The translations under genes were made by a program, and so were the position numbers. A stretch of 64,000 nt of DNA, from the sequence record OR544955. One strand, written 5' to 3'. The notes below the pieces were generated by a model. The model was not told where the DNA came from, ran no database searches, and worked only from the letters and a program-made list of their open reading frames with translations. The DNA comes from Escherichia phage vB_EcoP_EP32B. Of the stretch, positions 41,423-54,241 are shown piece by piece (positions within the stretch are counted from its first letter, which is position 1; each line of letters opens with the position of its first letter).

Positions 41423-42951
41423 TTAGATGCCTTTTACATATACACGGCGGAAGTAAGCGTTCTTACCAAGGCTGTTCAGGATAGACGGCATACCGGACTG
41501 GATGCGAGCACCTGGAGCCTGCAGGGAACTTTCAGCAAACGGGTTAACACCGATACCGTAACGAGTTTTGAAGCCCATTACCGGCTGGAAGTTCTTAGGA
41601 TCAGAACCACGCAGTGGGGTAAGTGCAACGTAAGGAGCATAGTAAATACCTGCATCCATTTCGTTAGCGCCTTTGTAACCAACGGTGAAGTAATCCTGTT
41701 TAGCATACTGGTCGATGTATACGCGGTATTTACCACCAAGTACACCGGCAAATACAGACTTAGTAGTGTCGGTATTAAAACCAGAAGCCAGACCCTGTGC
41801 AGCGTAAGAAATACCAGTATCAACTGAAGCCAGTACGTTAACTACGTTACGGGAAGCGATAATGAAGTTACCTTCACCACGACCGGTTTGACGAGCAATT
41901 TCAACTGCTTCTTTATCAATCTGGAACAACAGAGATTTAAAGCTTTCACCGGCCCAACGAGCACCACGGATATCAATCGGGTCCTGGAAGTCAAATACAC
42001 CAGCTTTAGAACCCGGAGTCAGGGTCATACCGGATTTACCAACCTGTGCTGAGTAGTTAATCCAATCAACAACTTCACGGTTGATTTCTAGCATAATTTC
42101 TGTAGCCAGAATACCACTCAGTTCAGCATCAGCATCCATACCGTGTACTGCACGGAGGTCTTGTGCTAATTCGATAGAGTAAGCAGCTTTCAGCTGGCGA
42201 GATTTAGCTTCGATAACTTGTTTATCGATACGGAAGCCCATTTCATTCCATGGGTTATCGGTAGAACCGTTGAAACCTTCCTGAAGTTCAGCGATAGAAG
42301 TAGCCATACCTTCAGCGATTTCTACCAGTGCACCAGCTTCCATTTGTTTCTTAACTTCGGCATCTAATTTAGCAGCATCGGTCGCATCGATTGTTACTTG
42401 AACAGAAGCTTGCAGATATACAGTACCAGTTTCCTGGAAGAAGTGAGTGCCAGAGCTGGGAATTTCTTAGCAGCACCCTGACCAGAGAACATCGCATCTG
42501 GGGCATACATCGGATGGAAAGCTTCTTTAGCGCCAGCAGCGATAGGGTCTTTACCATATACTGCACGGAGAGCAAATACCTGACCGGTCGGGCTGTTCAT
42601 AGGCTGAACACCACAAATATCAAAAGCGATCAGATTAGGAATAGCACGACGAACCATACCCATAACTGCTGGCCCAATTTGGGTTACTGCACCAGAGGTT
42701 TGACCTGCTGCGATGTTCTGAGCATTATAACCATGGTCACCACCAATTTCAGCTTCGGTCAAGAAAGAACCAAATGCCTGAGCGATTTTCTCGTCTTTAT
42801 ATTCAGGGGATACTTCGAAATCTTTTTCCTGGTTTTCGAAGATTTTAGCGATAATAGCCTGCTTGCTATTAGCGATTTCCGGCAGGCCTTCACCTTCCAG
42901 CAGTTCTTTCCATTTGTCTACGAGCTGAGCTTTAGTTTTGATAGTAGTCAT
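41423..42951 (-). pseudogene. 23: Major capsid protein gene 23, broken by a frameshifting deletion near 42447
   Basis: ORF 42394..42951 = MTTIKTKAQLVDKWKELLEGEGLPEIANSKQAIIAKIFENQEK...AAKKFPALA then out of frame; ORF 41423..42343 continues MEAGALVEIAEGMATSIAELQEGF...YFRRVYVKGI. Both match T4 gp23 nearly residue for residue; about 12 residues after FPALA are missing. Confidence 0.9.
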
Positions 42952-42968
42952 TTGTGTTAACCTTTAAA

Positions 42969-43781
42969 TTAGAAACGAGATGCGACTTTCGCATATAAAC
43001 TTACATTAGAATTCTGTTCTACCTGAGTTGTGGTAGTGTCAACTGCTTCGGCAACAAAATTAAGACCGGCAGCGTCATTGTCAACTGTATTTATACTTTC
43101 GGTAATAGCGGCTTCTTCTTTAGTAGAACCTTTAACCATTTCTACAATAGCAGTTAACTTAGTACCAAATGCGTCAGAATAATCCATACCTTCAACCAGG
43201 CCAATAACTTTTTCTTTCTGAGATTCAGTCAGGTCTTTTACGCTTTCATTAATAGCGGTTTCACGCTGAACGTAATTGATATATGCATCACGTTTGGTAA
43301 CTTCTTCGAACAAACGAGCGGTTTCTTCTTTATGTTCGGCCAGCTCTTCTTCCATTTCTGCTACAACATCTACAGATTCTTCTGGAACAACAACGTTATG
43401 TTCAACAAACAGTTCTTTCAGACCACCAAGCATGGATTCGAACAAATCAGCTTTAATGCCTTTATCAACTGCGATTTGGTTTTCTGCGAGCCATTCTTTT
43501 GCAAGATGGTCTAGGAATTTAGAAGCTTGTTCAGCCAATTTTTTATCAGCTTTCTCTTCAGCATCTTCTTTAGCCTTTTCAACTTCTTCTTCGGCCTTTT
43601 CGGCGATGGCTTTGATATGAGATTCAGCCAGTTTGACTGCTTCCTGCTTAACGGTGGCTTCGAATACAGTGCTGAAATTAGCTTTAACGTCCGGAGACAG
43701 TTCTACTGATTCGAAAACACTATTAAGAGCAACTGAAGTCTCGATGTTCTGAGCTTCTTTCAAAAGTTGTTCTTTGATCAT
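42969..43781 (-). CDS. 22: Prohead core scaffold protein gp22
   Basis: 270 aa (T4 269); Glu/Ala/Lys-rich coiled-coil composition; late promoter upstream. Confidence 0.85.
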   Translation of the reverse strand: MIKEQLLKEAQNIETSVALNSVFESVELSPDVKANFSTVFEATVKQEAVKLAESHIKAIAEKAEEEVEKAKEDAEEKADKKLAEQASKFLDHLAKEWLAENQIAVDKGIKADLFESMLGGLKELFVEHNVVVPEESVDVVAEMEEELAEHKEETARLFEEVTKRDAYINYVQRETAINESVKDLTESQKEKVIGLVEGMDYSDAFGTKLTAIVEMVKGSTKEEAAITESINTVDNDAAGLNFVAEAVDTTTTQVEQNSNVSLYAKVASRF

Positions 43782-43811
43782 TTTAGTGTCCTGTGGTTTA
43801 GATTACATTAT

Positions 43812-43819
43812 TATTTATA
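43812..43819 (-). promoter_or_regulatory. Late promoter for gene 22
   Basis: Minus-strand TATAAATA overlapping the 3' end of gene 21, ~31 nt upstream of gene 22. Confidence 0.65.
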
Positions 43820-44428
43820 ATGCTTTTAAACTCTCTGCGAGAGCTTTAAATGCTTCATCAGCACTGTTTTTGGTGATTTCCACCGAATTTTCTGATTCTG
43901 ATATTTGTTTAGGAGTAACCCAAGCATCTGGAGCAGAAGGTCCCCACACGGCATCTACGCCGACGGTTAATTTAAATCCTTCGTTCACGATACGGTACCC
44001 TTTATTGGTGTCGGTTAAAGAACCAAGACCACGAGAGGAAACACCTGGAATCCAACCAGCTCGTATATTAGCAGCTAATTTATCGCCGGGACCATGGTCG
44101 CCTTCAATAATTCTAGCGCGTCCATATACATCGTTTCCTTTCCACCACATATCTTCAATAATGATAGCGGCTTGCATAGGGTCAACATTTGCGCGAGGTG
44201 GATGATTTAATTCTCCAAGGGCTTGTTTGGTTGCGCTTTTTCCAAAACGCGTTTAGGATATAAACGTTTATTTCGGTTAACAACCTCTGCCTGAAGAAAA
44301 ATACCTTCTATATAAAGCCCTGGTTTTAAGCCAGAATCTTTTCCATCATGAGATTCCAACATTGGAACGCCATCAATAATCTCACCGGGTTGACCCCAAG
44401 TTTCAATAAGTAACTCGGGTTTATTCAT
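43815..44428 (-). pseudogene. 21: Prohead protease gene 21, broken by a frameshifting deletion near 44230-44236
   Basis: ORF 44207..44428 = [31 protein letters not shown]...RLYPKRVLEKA then out of frame; ORF 43815..44177 = MQAAIIIEDMWWKGNDVYGRARIIEGDHGPGDKLAANIRAGWIPGVSSRGLGS... Correct frame resumes at ...TKQALGELNHPPRANVDPMQA; about 10 residues missing. Confidence 0.85.
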
Positions 44429-44853
44429 TAGCTTAATCCTAATGCTTTACGACGTTTAAGAGCTTTTTTACGCTTACGCAAGCCTTTAACTTGGCCTGAA
44501 GGGTTAGCTTTTTTAGCTTTAACGACCTTACGAGCGATTTGTCTACGTTTTGCTTTAGAAAGACCAGTGGTTTGGAACGCATTACGTTCACGAGTTTTAC
44601 GGTCTTTAGTGCGGGTGACTTCACCACGAGAAGAAACATGTTTAACGATAAACTCGTTTAACTGTTCTTCATTAATAATGGAAGCCATTGCAACAGCTAA
44701 ATCCGTTTCAGTTTCAAGCATGTTCTCGATAATAGTATTTATATCGTCAATATCGAGAGCAGAAGACAATGCATCGATTCGGCCCTGTGCTTCAGGAATA
44801 AGTGCTTCGACATTTTCGAGTACCAATTCATAAGATTCAGGGATAAGATACAT
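44428..44853 (-). CDS. 68: Prohead core protein gp68
   Basis: 141 aa, identical to T4 gp68 length; synteny 67-68-21. Confidence 0.7.
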   Translation of the reverse strand: MYLIPESYELVLENVEALIPEAQGRIDALSSALDIDDINTIIENMLETETDLAVAMASIINEEQLNEFIVKHVSSRGEVTRTKDRKTRERNAFQTTGLSKAKRRQIARKVVKAKKANPSGQVKGLRKRKKALKRRKALGLS

Positions 44854-45083
44854 TATTCATCGTCCTCATCATCTTCGTCTTCGTCGTCATCGCCTTCATC
44901 AGCGTCGTCTTCCGAAGCTTTCTTTTCTTCTTCAGGTTCTTCGCCTTCAATCAAAAATTGAGAAGCGATTTCTGCTTTGCGTGCTTCAATCAAACGAACC
45001 GTTTTTTCTGCCATTGCACTTTCAAAAAACTTTCGAGTAGCAACGAGGTCGTTTGATTTAATAGCTTGAATTAAATCGTCCAT
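44853..45083 (-). CDS. 67: Prohead core protein gp67 (acidic C-terminal tail)
   Basis: 76 aa (T4 80); poly-Asp/Glu C-terminus; between portal and gp68. Confidence 0.7.
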   Translation of the reverse strand: MDDLIQAIKSNDLVATRKFFESAMAEKTVRLIEARKAEIASQFLIEGEEPEEEKKASEDDADEGDDDEDEDDEDDE

Positions 45084-46654
45084 TAAAAATCCTCTTGTTC
45101 TTGGTCGGGGTCTTGGAAACGAGCCTCTTTCGACTCTTCTTCAATTTGCTTAGCCTCTTGTTCAATTTCCTCGTCAGACATCTGAAGAATATCTTTCATA
45201 GCTGTTCTGTGAGAAATATATTTACCAATAAATGGTTCGGCCATCTGAAGCATATTAATGCGACGCTCCAGAATCTCAGCATCCTTTAATTCCGAGAAAT
45301 AACTATCCCGATGAAATTTTATCTTAATATTATTTATTTCATCATTCCACTCATCTTCTGTAATAATTCCTTTAAGAATTAAATTAGTTTTAAGAGGGTC
45401 TAGGAATATCTCTTCAAATTTATGTTGCAGCTCACGAATAAATTTACCAAATGATAATTCATCTCGTGTAATAGAAGTACCAGCATCAAACTGTATACCA
45501 CCTTGGTCACTTGGAATACGGGTAATAGGAATACGTAAAGCCATATAAAGCGCATTACGGAACCAACGTACATCTTCCATATTTCCGGTATTATCTGCAC
45601 CCGGTAATGTGTCAACTTCTGTTACTGCTTTACCATCACGTCGTTGTAACCAATAATCTTCGGTCATCGACATAATATGCTGCTGGTTTTTAATCTTGCC
45701 TGTAGTAGCATCATATGCAATACGGTTTTTCATCGTATTCATAACATGTTGCATATGTTCTGCTGCTTTTCTTGAAGGCATATTACCTGTATCAACGTAC
45801 CATACACGACGATCGGGAGCACGAGTAATACGATAAATTACGACAGCATCTTCAAGAAGTTTTAATTGGTTCGCTGGCTTAATAGCCCGATGCAAATAAC
45901 CGATGATATTTTTACCACAACAATCAACTAAACCAGAATGGGCATAAACAATCGCGGCTTTAGGGATTTTTATTTTTGTGCCCGCTTCATATATGCGACC
46001 ATCACAAGCATAAGATTCGTGTGATGTGTCATAAATGAAATATTCTTTATAACCCTTGACTATTTTAACACCAGCTTCAGTGGTTGTAATAACTTCACGG
46101 ACATATTGAACTTGACGTGGGTCTAAACGACGAAGCTCTTTAATACCTTCTTTAGGGCGTTTAGGGTCAATAATTTTATGGAAGAAAATTCGAGAATCCA
46201 CATACCAACGTCTAAAATGATCTGAACCTTTACGTTGGAAAGATAAATGATTTAACACTTCGTTAAATTCATCCAACATCATTGATTTGATATTTGGACT
46301 AAATTTTGTGTTGTCTAAATTTATAGAAACGACTTCTGTATCATCTTCATATACGATAGCATCCGAAACTATTTCAGAGACTGCATTATCCACTTCATAG
46401 TTCGTCATCAAATTTCGATACGTATCGATTAATTCACGCGTTGATTTGAGCCCTGGTTCTTGGCTACCGAACATTCTCTGAAACATAGCATTATATGTTT
46501 GCTGTGCTTCATTTTCAGATACTTCGTATTCTTTAGCGCCGTCGTCTAATTTTGGTGTGGTGATCGATTCTAAATTTTCTTTTTCTTGGTCTTTGTAATC
46601 ACGTTCGTCCATTTTTGCCCATGGAGCAAACAAACTTAAGATATTAAATTTCAT
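45083..46654 (-). CDS. 20: Portal vertex protein gp20
   Basis: 523 aa (T4 524); late promoter upstream. Confidence 0.9.
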   Translation of the reverse strand: MKFNILSLFAPWAKMDERDYKDQEKENLESITTPKLDDGAKEYEVSENEAQQTYNAMFQRMFGSQEPGLKSTRELIDTYRNLMTNYEVDNAVSEIVSDAIVYEDDTEVVSINLDNTKFSPNIKSMMLDEFNEVLNHLSFQRKGSDHFRRWYVDSRIFFHKIIDPKRPKEGIKELRRLDPRQVQYVREVITTTEAGVKIVKGYKEYFIYDTSHESYACDGRIYEAGTKIKIPKAAIVYAHSGLVDCCGKNIIGYLHRAIKPANQLKLLEDAVVIYRITRAPDRRVWYVDTGNMPSRKAAEHMQHVMNTMKNRIAYDATTGKIKNQQHIMSMTEDYWLQRRDGKAVTEVDTLPGADNTGNMEDVRWFRNALYMALRIPITRIPSDQGGIQFDAGTSITRDELSFGKFIRELQHKFEEIFLDPLKTNLILKGIITEDEWNDEINNIKIKFHRDSYFSELKDAEILERRINMLQMAEPFIGKYISHRTAMKDILQMSDEEIEQEAKQIEEESKEARFQDPDQEQEDF

Positions 46655-46682
46655 TGTATTCTCCGAATGGGAATTATAGTTA

Positions 46683-46690
46683 TATTTATA
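46683..46690 (-). promoter_or_regulatory. Late promoter for gene 20
   Basis: Minus-strand TATAAATA ~29 nt upstream of portal gene start. Confidence 0.65.
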
Positions 46691-46738
46691 TGGACTTCTC
46701 CGTCATCACGGGAAGCTGGGGATTTCTCCCCAACCAGA

Positions 46739-47230
46739 TTATTCCCACCAATCAAGAGCAAGAGTTACTTCGAACGTTTCAATCTCGTTATTACTATCCC
46801 AATCAAGAGATACTTCACCAACGTTAGTAGGCCACAAGCCGACAATTTCAACTTCTTTAGTGACCGTTTTAGCATCACGAGCAAATTGACGAACGATAGC
46901 AGACTTTTTATATTCAGCAGGTTTACCACCGGTAATTTCATTACCTTGTCCTGCTGCAATACCTTGCCAATCAACAAATTTCTGACGAATGCTATGAGCA
47001 TCATCGTTCATTACTGTAATAGTCCAATCATCGAATGTACGATCACCGGCCACGTTAATTTTACGGTTCATATAAGAAACAGGAACCTTTTCAACAATCG
47101 CAGCAGGAAGAGCCGTAGCACGACACTGGAAGCTAAAGTTTTGCCCAAGATAAGAGATTTCTACTTCGAACAGGTTAGGGCGAGCGAAATCACCTGATTC
47201 GAAGGCACGAGTTACGTCATCTACAAACAT
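46739..47230 (-). CDS. 19: Tail tube protein gp19
   Basis: 163 aa, identical to T4 gp19. Confidence 0.9.
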   Translation of the reverse strand: MFVDDVTRAFESGDFARPNLFEVEISYLGQNFSFQCRATALPAAIVEKVPVSYMNRKINVAGDRTFDDWTITVMNDDAHSIRQKFVDWQGIAAGQGNEITGGKPAEYKKSAIVRQFARDAKTVTKEVEIVGLWPTNVGEVSLDWDSNNEIETFEVTLALDWWE

Positions 47231-47302
47231 ATTAGCCTCTGTAGTAATATGGGCTTAGGATTAACCTGATGCCCATAGAATTAATTTTTAAACGATATAG
47301 TA

Positions 47303-47310
47303 TATTTATA
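47303..47310 (-). promoter_or_regulatory. Late promoter for gene 19
   Basis: Minus-strand TATAAATA in the 18-19 intergenic region, flanked by stem-loops. Confidence 0.6.
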
Positions 47311-47342
47311 TGGGCTACCGAAATAGCCCATCAGGCGTCTTA

Positions 47343-49325
47343 TTAACCACCTACAGCACCAATCAGTTCGTCGAAATCGGCACCAGTTGCTGTTGCTACA
47401 AAGTTCAACGTAATATAATTTATCGAGCGGGCAGGTTGTAAGTAGAAAGTAGCTACAAATTCATTACGGTCGATAACTGCTGGGGTGTTATTGGTAGTAT
47501 CACAAACAACTTTAAAGTTATATACACCACCGAGAGCTTTAATACCCTGTAGATATTGAGAAGTCTCTGTACGGAAAGAAGAACGGGTAAATGCGTTGTT
47601 CAATTCAAACAGGCGATATTTGGATGCTGAACCAATGTTCGTTTTAACCATATTGAACAAACGACGAACGTTAATACGGTCAAATGGTGAAGGAACAGAA
47701 GTGGCAGTTTTATCACCGTACAGAACATATCCATCACCACCGGTACCAGTAACAGGGTTAATAGCTTCCTGATACAAACGATCACGCTGTGGTTGACGAG
47801 TTTCAATTGCAAGCTTAATAACGTTAAGAATTTGTCCACGATTATAACCAGCAGGAGACATCCAAGGCTGAGAAATATTGTCTGTGCGAGCACAAAGACC
47901 AGCAATATCAGCAGCTAATGGAACCCAACGATTCACGTCATTATATTTGTCATATTGATATTTATAGTTACCGTCAATAGCAGCATAAGTAGAACTTACA
48001 TTAAAGTTATTATCAGTGTAAGTTCCTGACGCAGTACGCCAATCAACCAGATTATCAACTGCACGATTAACAGGAATACCGACTATAGTTGCACGTGGCG
48101 GTGAGCAAAGAACCAAGCAATCTTGACGAGAATCACCAATTGCTACAACATGTTTCTGAACTGTAGAAGCAACTTCTAAAGATTCACCTGCACAAGAACC
48201 GGCAATAAACAACTGCGCATTAACAGATTCACGGTCAGCAAACAAATCCCAAGCTTCCATTAAATCACCAGCGTCAACCGTTTCATTAGATGATAAGCCA
48301 CCACCCAGTTTGATTACGCCAGAGAAACCTTTTGGCCAACCTTGTGCAGTAGCGAAAATATAATTGCTTGCGCCTTTAGCAAAGAAATCATCAATAAAGA
48401 TATTACTACCATAAATATCGCGTTCACCGCGTTTAGTAGAAAGAACTACGCTCTGAACTACAGCATCGTTACGACGAACGATAATTGCATATTGGTCATC
48501 AGTTTGTGGGCCATACCCAAAGATTGCTTTAGCAGTAGATGCGCGAGTACCACCATCAGGATAAATTTTTAACTGGGCTGAAGCACCTTTGTCGTAGTCT
48601 GCTTTAGATACGATTTCAATTTCGAGCTGGTCGCCAAGTTCACCAGGATAAAGAGCAACTACGCCTGGGACACCATATTTTTTAATAGATTCTTGGAAAG
48701 TTAGAGAAGTAATAGCTTCTTCAGAAGTTTCAACTTCAGTTAACAGAATACCCGAATCGGTTACGATAGAACCAATTGTAATAACGCCAGAGAGACCAGA
48801 AGAAGAACTGGCAACTTCGGCGGTCCAGTTAGAACCCAATGCCGGATATTCATTAATTTCTTTTGCACGAGCAATAATTTTACCGGTTGGGATATAAATG
48901 TTAAGAATTTTACCATCGACATCAACTGAAGTGACATAACCATCTGCTTCAACAGTTTCGGTCAAATACTTAACGATAATTTTATCACCAACTGCATAGT
49001 TACTACCAGCAGCAGAGATTGTGAATTCAATATTGCCTGCTACAGGAGATGAGTTCTTAGCAGTATCACGGTCAACTGCGCGTACAACACGAAGGTCATT
49101 ACCATATTGAAGGAAGTTCATAGCAGACATGAAATAATCTGCTGTATCCGTATTAGGAGTACCAAACATATCAACTAATGCAACTTCATCAGTGATTTGT
49201 TTAATCTGGAATGCAGGGCCCCATTGGAATTTTCCAGCCAGGGCAGCAGTACCAGTGGAGTTATTAACTACAGTACTCTGTACGGTAGTTTCTTTGAGCT
49301 CAACGCCCGGAGAGAGAAGTGCCAT
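47343..49325 (-). CDS. 18: Tail sheath protein gp18
   Basis: 660 aa (T4 659); late promoter overlapping gene 17 stop. Confidence 0.92.
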   Translation of the reverse strand: MALLSPGVELKETTVQSTVVNNSTGTAALAGKFQWGPAFQIKQITDEVALVDMFGTPNTDTADYFMSAMNFLQYGNDLRVVRAVDRDTAKNSSPVAGNIEFTISAAGSNYAVGDKIIVKYLTETVEADGYVTSVDVDGKILNIYIPTGKIIARAKEINEYPALGSNWTAEVASSSSGLSGVITIGSIVTDSGILLTEVETSEEAITSLTFQESIKKYGVPGVVALYPGELGDQLEIEIVSKADYDKGASAQLKIYPDGGTRASTAKAIFGYGPQTDDQYAIIVRRNDAVVQSVVLSTKRGERDIYGSNIFIDDFFAKGASNYIFATAQGWPKGFSGVIKLGGGLSSNETVDAGDLMEAWDLFADRESVNAQLFIAGSCAGESLEVASTVQKHVVAIGDSRQDCLVLCSPPRATIVGIPVNRAVDNLVDWRTASGTYTDNNFNVSSTYAAIDGNYKYQYDKYNDVNRWVPLAADIAGLCARTDNISQPWMSPAGYNRGQILNVIKLAIETRQPQRDRLYQEAINPVTGTGGDGYVLYGDKTATSVPSPFDRINVRRLFNMVKTNIGSASKYRLFELNNAFTRSSFRTETSQYLQGIKALGGVYNFKVVCDTTNNTPAVIDRNEFVATFYLQPARSINYITLNFVATATGADFDELIGAVGG

Positions 49326-49352
49326 TTTAATTCCTCTTAATTTGCTTTATTT

Positions 49353-51678
<2,326 letters not shown>

Positions 51679-52503
51679 TTATTGTTTTCTAGGACCAGGA
51701 GGGGTTGGTGGAGTCGGAATTGGAATATCATGAGTATAAGTTTGTTCAACTTCACCATTCCAATCTTGTACTTCAACGTCTCTCGGTTTAATTTCTGTAT
51801 CAACTGATTCAAAAACGCTTTCGGCTGTTTGAAGGTCTCGTTCATTAGCATGAAAATCAAGATAAGTCGTTTTAATAAGACCTTCTGCTGCGCCTACCGG
51901 AGGATACATCCATCCATTTACTTCAAATGTTAATGACCACTCTAAACGTCTACGGGATAAATTATCACCATCTATTTGTTCATCCATTGCCGCAGCCATC
52001 CATACGACCTTAATATCCCTTTCAAATGGAATATCCTGCCCATATTGCTCAATCATAGTCGTATTAAAATGCGGCTGAAAATATGGAATAATTTGCTCAA
52101 CGATTTGGAACATATCATCTTCATAACGAGTAAAGATGCTCAGTTCAAAAATCATTTTAATTGGTGATGGGTTGTATTGGTCTACAATATCCTTAGTCGA
52201 TTTACTCAAAAGAGAGTTATTCAATATATTCGTTTTAAACGTCGGGTTATAAACGAAATCCACCATTTGGAGATTTATACGTGGTAGAATAGTTTCGACT
52301 TTAGCCACATCTTCTTGTGAGTTTATAGAGGTCCATTTATTAAGTTTCATCATAAAGTGCTCTTTAGATGCATACGTAATAGGAACTCTAATTAATTTAT
52401 TGCCTGTAGACAATTGACGGTTAACTTGGATATTTGAAAACAAATCGCCCATCATTGTGATATATCGCCTGAACGACGAGTTGTAAAAATAACCAAACAT
52501 CAT
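51679..52503 (-). CDS. 15: Tail sheath stabiliser / tail completion gp15
   Basis: 274 aa (T4 272); synteny. Confidence 0.8.
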   Translation of the reverse strand: MMFGYFYNSSFRRYITMMGDLFSNIQVNRQLSTGNKLIRVPITYASKEHFMMKLNKWTSINSQEDVAKVETILPRINLQMVDFVYNPTFKTNILNNSLLSKSTKDIVDQYNPSPIKMIFELSIFTRYEDDMFQIVEQIIPYFQPHFNTTMIEQYGQDIPFERDIKVVWMAAAMDEQIDGDNLSRRRLEWSLTFEVNGWMYPPVGAAEGLIKTTYLDFHANERDLQTAESVFESVDTEIKPRDVEVQDWNGEVEQTYTHDIPIPTPPTPPGPRKQ

Positions 52504-52552
52504 TTCTCCTAACCGGCCTTTCGACCGGTGTTTGCTTTATCTTATCTATTTA

Positions 52553-53281
52553 TTAATTCATAAACCCATCGTCAAATGGTGAATTTTGTCTACCACGGTT
52601 GTTAACTACTACATACGGCTCAACGTATTCACTTGCCTCTGAATTGATTTGCTCAACTTCAGAATATTCATCGATATTAATGTCATGGATACCGTCAAGA
52701 TTTCTAACAGGGTTAAGTTCCAAGTCACTAAATTCAGGTATATTGATACCTTCATTTTTCTGAAGCACCGGATTGATTTCTTCGCCAGAGTAAATAAACT
52801 TGCCTGCAGTAATTTTACGAATCGCATTTTTACCTACTTGATAGAACGGGTCATATGGTTCAACCCAGTTAATCTCAAACAAACTGTTGTCCATTGGGAA
52901 GTATATCAAATCACCTTCCTTGGGCTCCTGATTGTTGACCTGGTGTTTGAAAAGACCTGGGTTAATAGATAATGTAACTTCGTCTTGAACTTGCATTCCG
53001 AAGTTGCTGAAGAACGATTTCGCTCCTTCATAACCTTCAAAAGAGTTCAGATATGCAGCAAATTTCCATGCTTTAGTAAATTTATTTTTAAGGTCCTCAC
53101 CAAAGATAAGGTCCACGGCAACATATTCACGTGGAACATAAAAACATTCAATACCGCGCATCTGTATGCTTTCTGCCACTAGAACATCGGCTAATGTCTG
53201 ACTATTCTCATAATTATTAAAATTAGAATACCCACCACGATTTTCTAGCTTGGCGAAAAGATTTTTATCATAAGTTGCCAT
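52553..53281 (-). CDS. 14: Head completion (neck) protein gp14
   Basis: 242 aa (T4 256); synteny 13-14-15. Confidence 0.75.
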   Translation of the reverse strand: MATYDKNLFAKLENRGGYSNFNNYENSQTLADVLVAESIQMRGIECFYVPREYVAVDLIFGEDLKNKFTKAWKFAAYLNSFEGYEGAKSFFSNFGMQVQDEVTLSINPGLFKHQVNNQEPKEGDLIYFPMDNSLFEINWVEPYDPFYQVGKNAIRKITAGKFIYSGEEINPVLQKNEGINIPEFSDLELNPVRNLDGIHDINIDEYSEVEQINSEASEYVEPYVVVNNRGRQNSPFDDGFMN

Positions 53282-53282
53282 A

Positions 53283-54209
53283 TTAACCTACCAAAATACC
53301 TGCAGGAGGGTCCAGTAAATATAACTCTTCTCGTAAAGCTTCTTTCTCTAAACGAGCTTCTTCAATTAATCGAACACCATCAACGGTGACGCCACCCGGT
53401 AACATCATACCTTGATGTTTAGCAAGAATTTGTCCATTAAGCTCTTTAGCTAATGCAGTTGCATAATCTTTAACCCAGCGGTTGTTATATGCGCCTTGTT
53501 TGGTTGCAGGATCTTCACCAACTCGTCGTCCGACCAAATTATGGTCTGGATTATCATAACGTTCAGAAATAGACCATGAATCACGAGGACCTACCTGACC
53601 GTACCCTACTGTATTTCCTACCATCTTATGGGTCTCGATATAAGAGCGAACATACGATTCAACGATAATGACATCTTTCTGTCTAAAGTTACCCATTACT
53701 TTTAATTGCTCGTTTGCAGAGTTAAACCAAAAATCCGGGATAGGAGCAATCATATCTTGAAGCATACCCATATAAGATACTAATTGAGAATAATACCCGA
53801 GATCAGCGCCAAAAGCGTTCGGACCATAGAATTTACCACAATTACTACCCATGCCACCTGAAACACCAGCCATTCCTAAAAGGAAATCAGTGAACCACGG
53901 ATAAGTTGCATTACCATCCATTGAAGTAATAGAGCCAACGTTTGTTCTTATAATTCTTGTTACAGCAAATACGTTAGAACCACGCATATCAAATACGCCG
54001 TGACGGTATTTTTCTTCGTCATCAACAAAAAATACATGGAAACCTTTATTCAACCCGTCAAAATGGTATTCGCCATAAAGTTCTAACGCTCGTGAAATAC
54101 AATCATAAATTTGGTCTGTAGTTAATTCAACATTTACAATAGGAGCGCCTAAACGACGTAATATTACGTCCTTTAATTCTTTAGGGTTTTGTGCATTATA
54201 ACCTGACAT
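53283..54209 (-). CDS. 13: Head completion (neck) protein gp13
   Basis: 308 aa (T4 309). Confidence 0.8.
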   Translation of the reverse strand: MSGYNAQNPKELKDVILRRLGAPIVNVELTTDQIYDCISRALELYGEYHFDGLNKGFHVFFVDDEEKYRHGVFDMRGSNVFAVTRIIRTNVGSITSMDGNATYPWFTDFLLGMAGVSGGMGSNCGKFYGPNAFGADLGYYSQLVSYMGMLQDMIAPIPDFWFNSANEQLKVMGNFRQKDVIIVESYVRSYIETHKMVGNTVGYGQVGPRDSWSISERYDNPDHNLVGRRVGEDPATKQGAYNNRWVKDYATALAKELNGQILAKHQGMMLPGGVTVDGVRLIEEARLEKEALREELYLLDPPAGILVG

Positions 54210-54221
54210 ATAAATCCTTTA

Positions 54222-54240
54222 GGGCCCGAAGGCCCTTTTC
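54222..54240. terminator. Stem-loop between wac and gene 13 (terminator-like)
   Basis: GGGCC-CGAA-GGCCC hairpin; T-run is on the plus side only, so it may terminate antisense transcription or act as an RNA stability element. Confidence 0.45.
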
Positions 54241-54241
54241 A

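Noticed and set aside
43276-43709. Plus-strand ORFs 43276..43620, 43332..43514, 43527..43709 with Ser/Phe-rich low-complexity translations
   Set aside because: Antisense to gene 22, whose codon composition (GAA/GCT/AAA-rich) produces open antisense frames; no start-site signals.
44860-44940. Tandem-repeat-like GAxGAx DNA (tcttcgtcttcgtcgtcatcgccttcatc...)
   Set aside because: This is the coding sequence for the poly-acidic C-terminal tail of gp67 (minus strand), not a non-coding repeat or CRISPR-like array.
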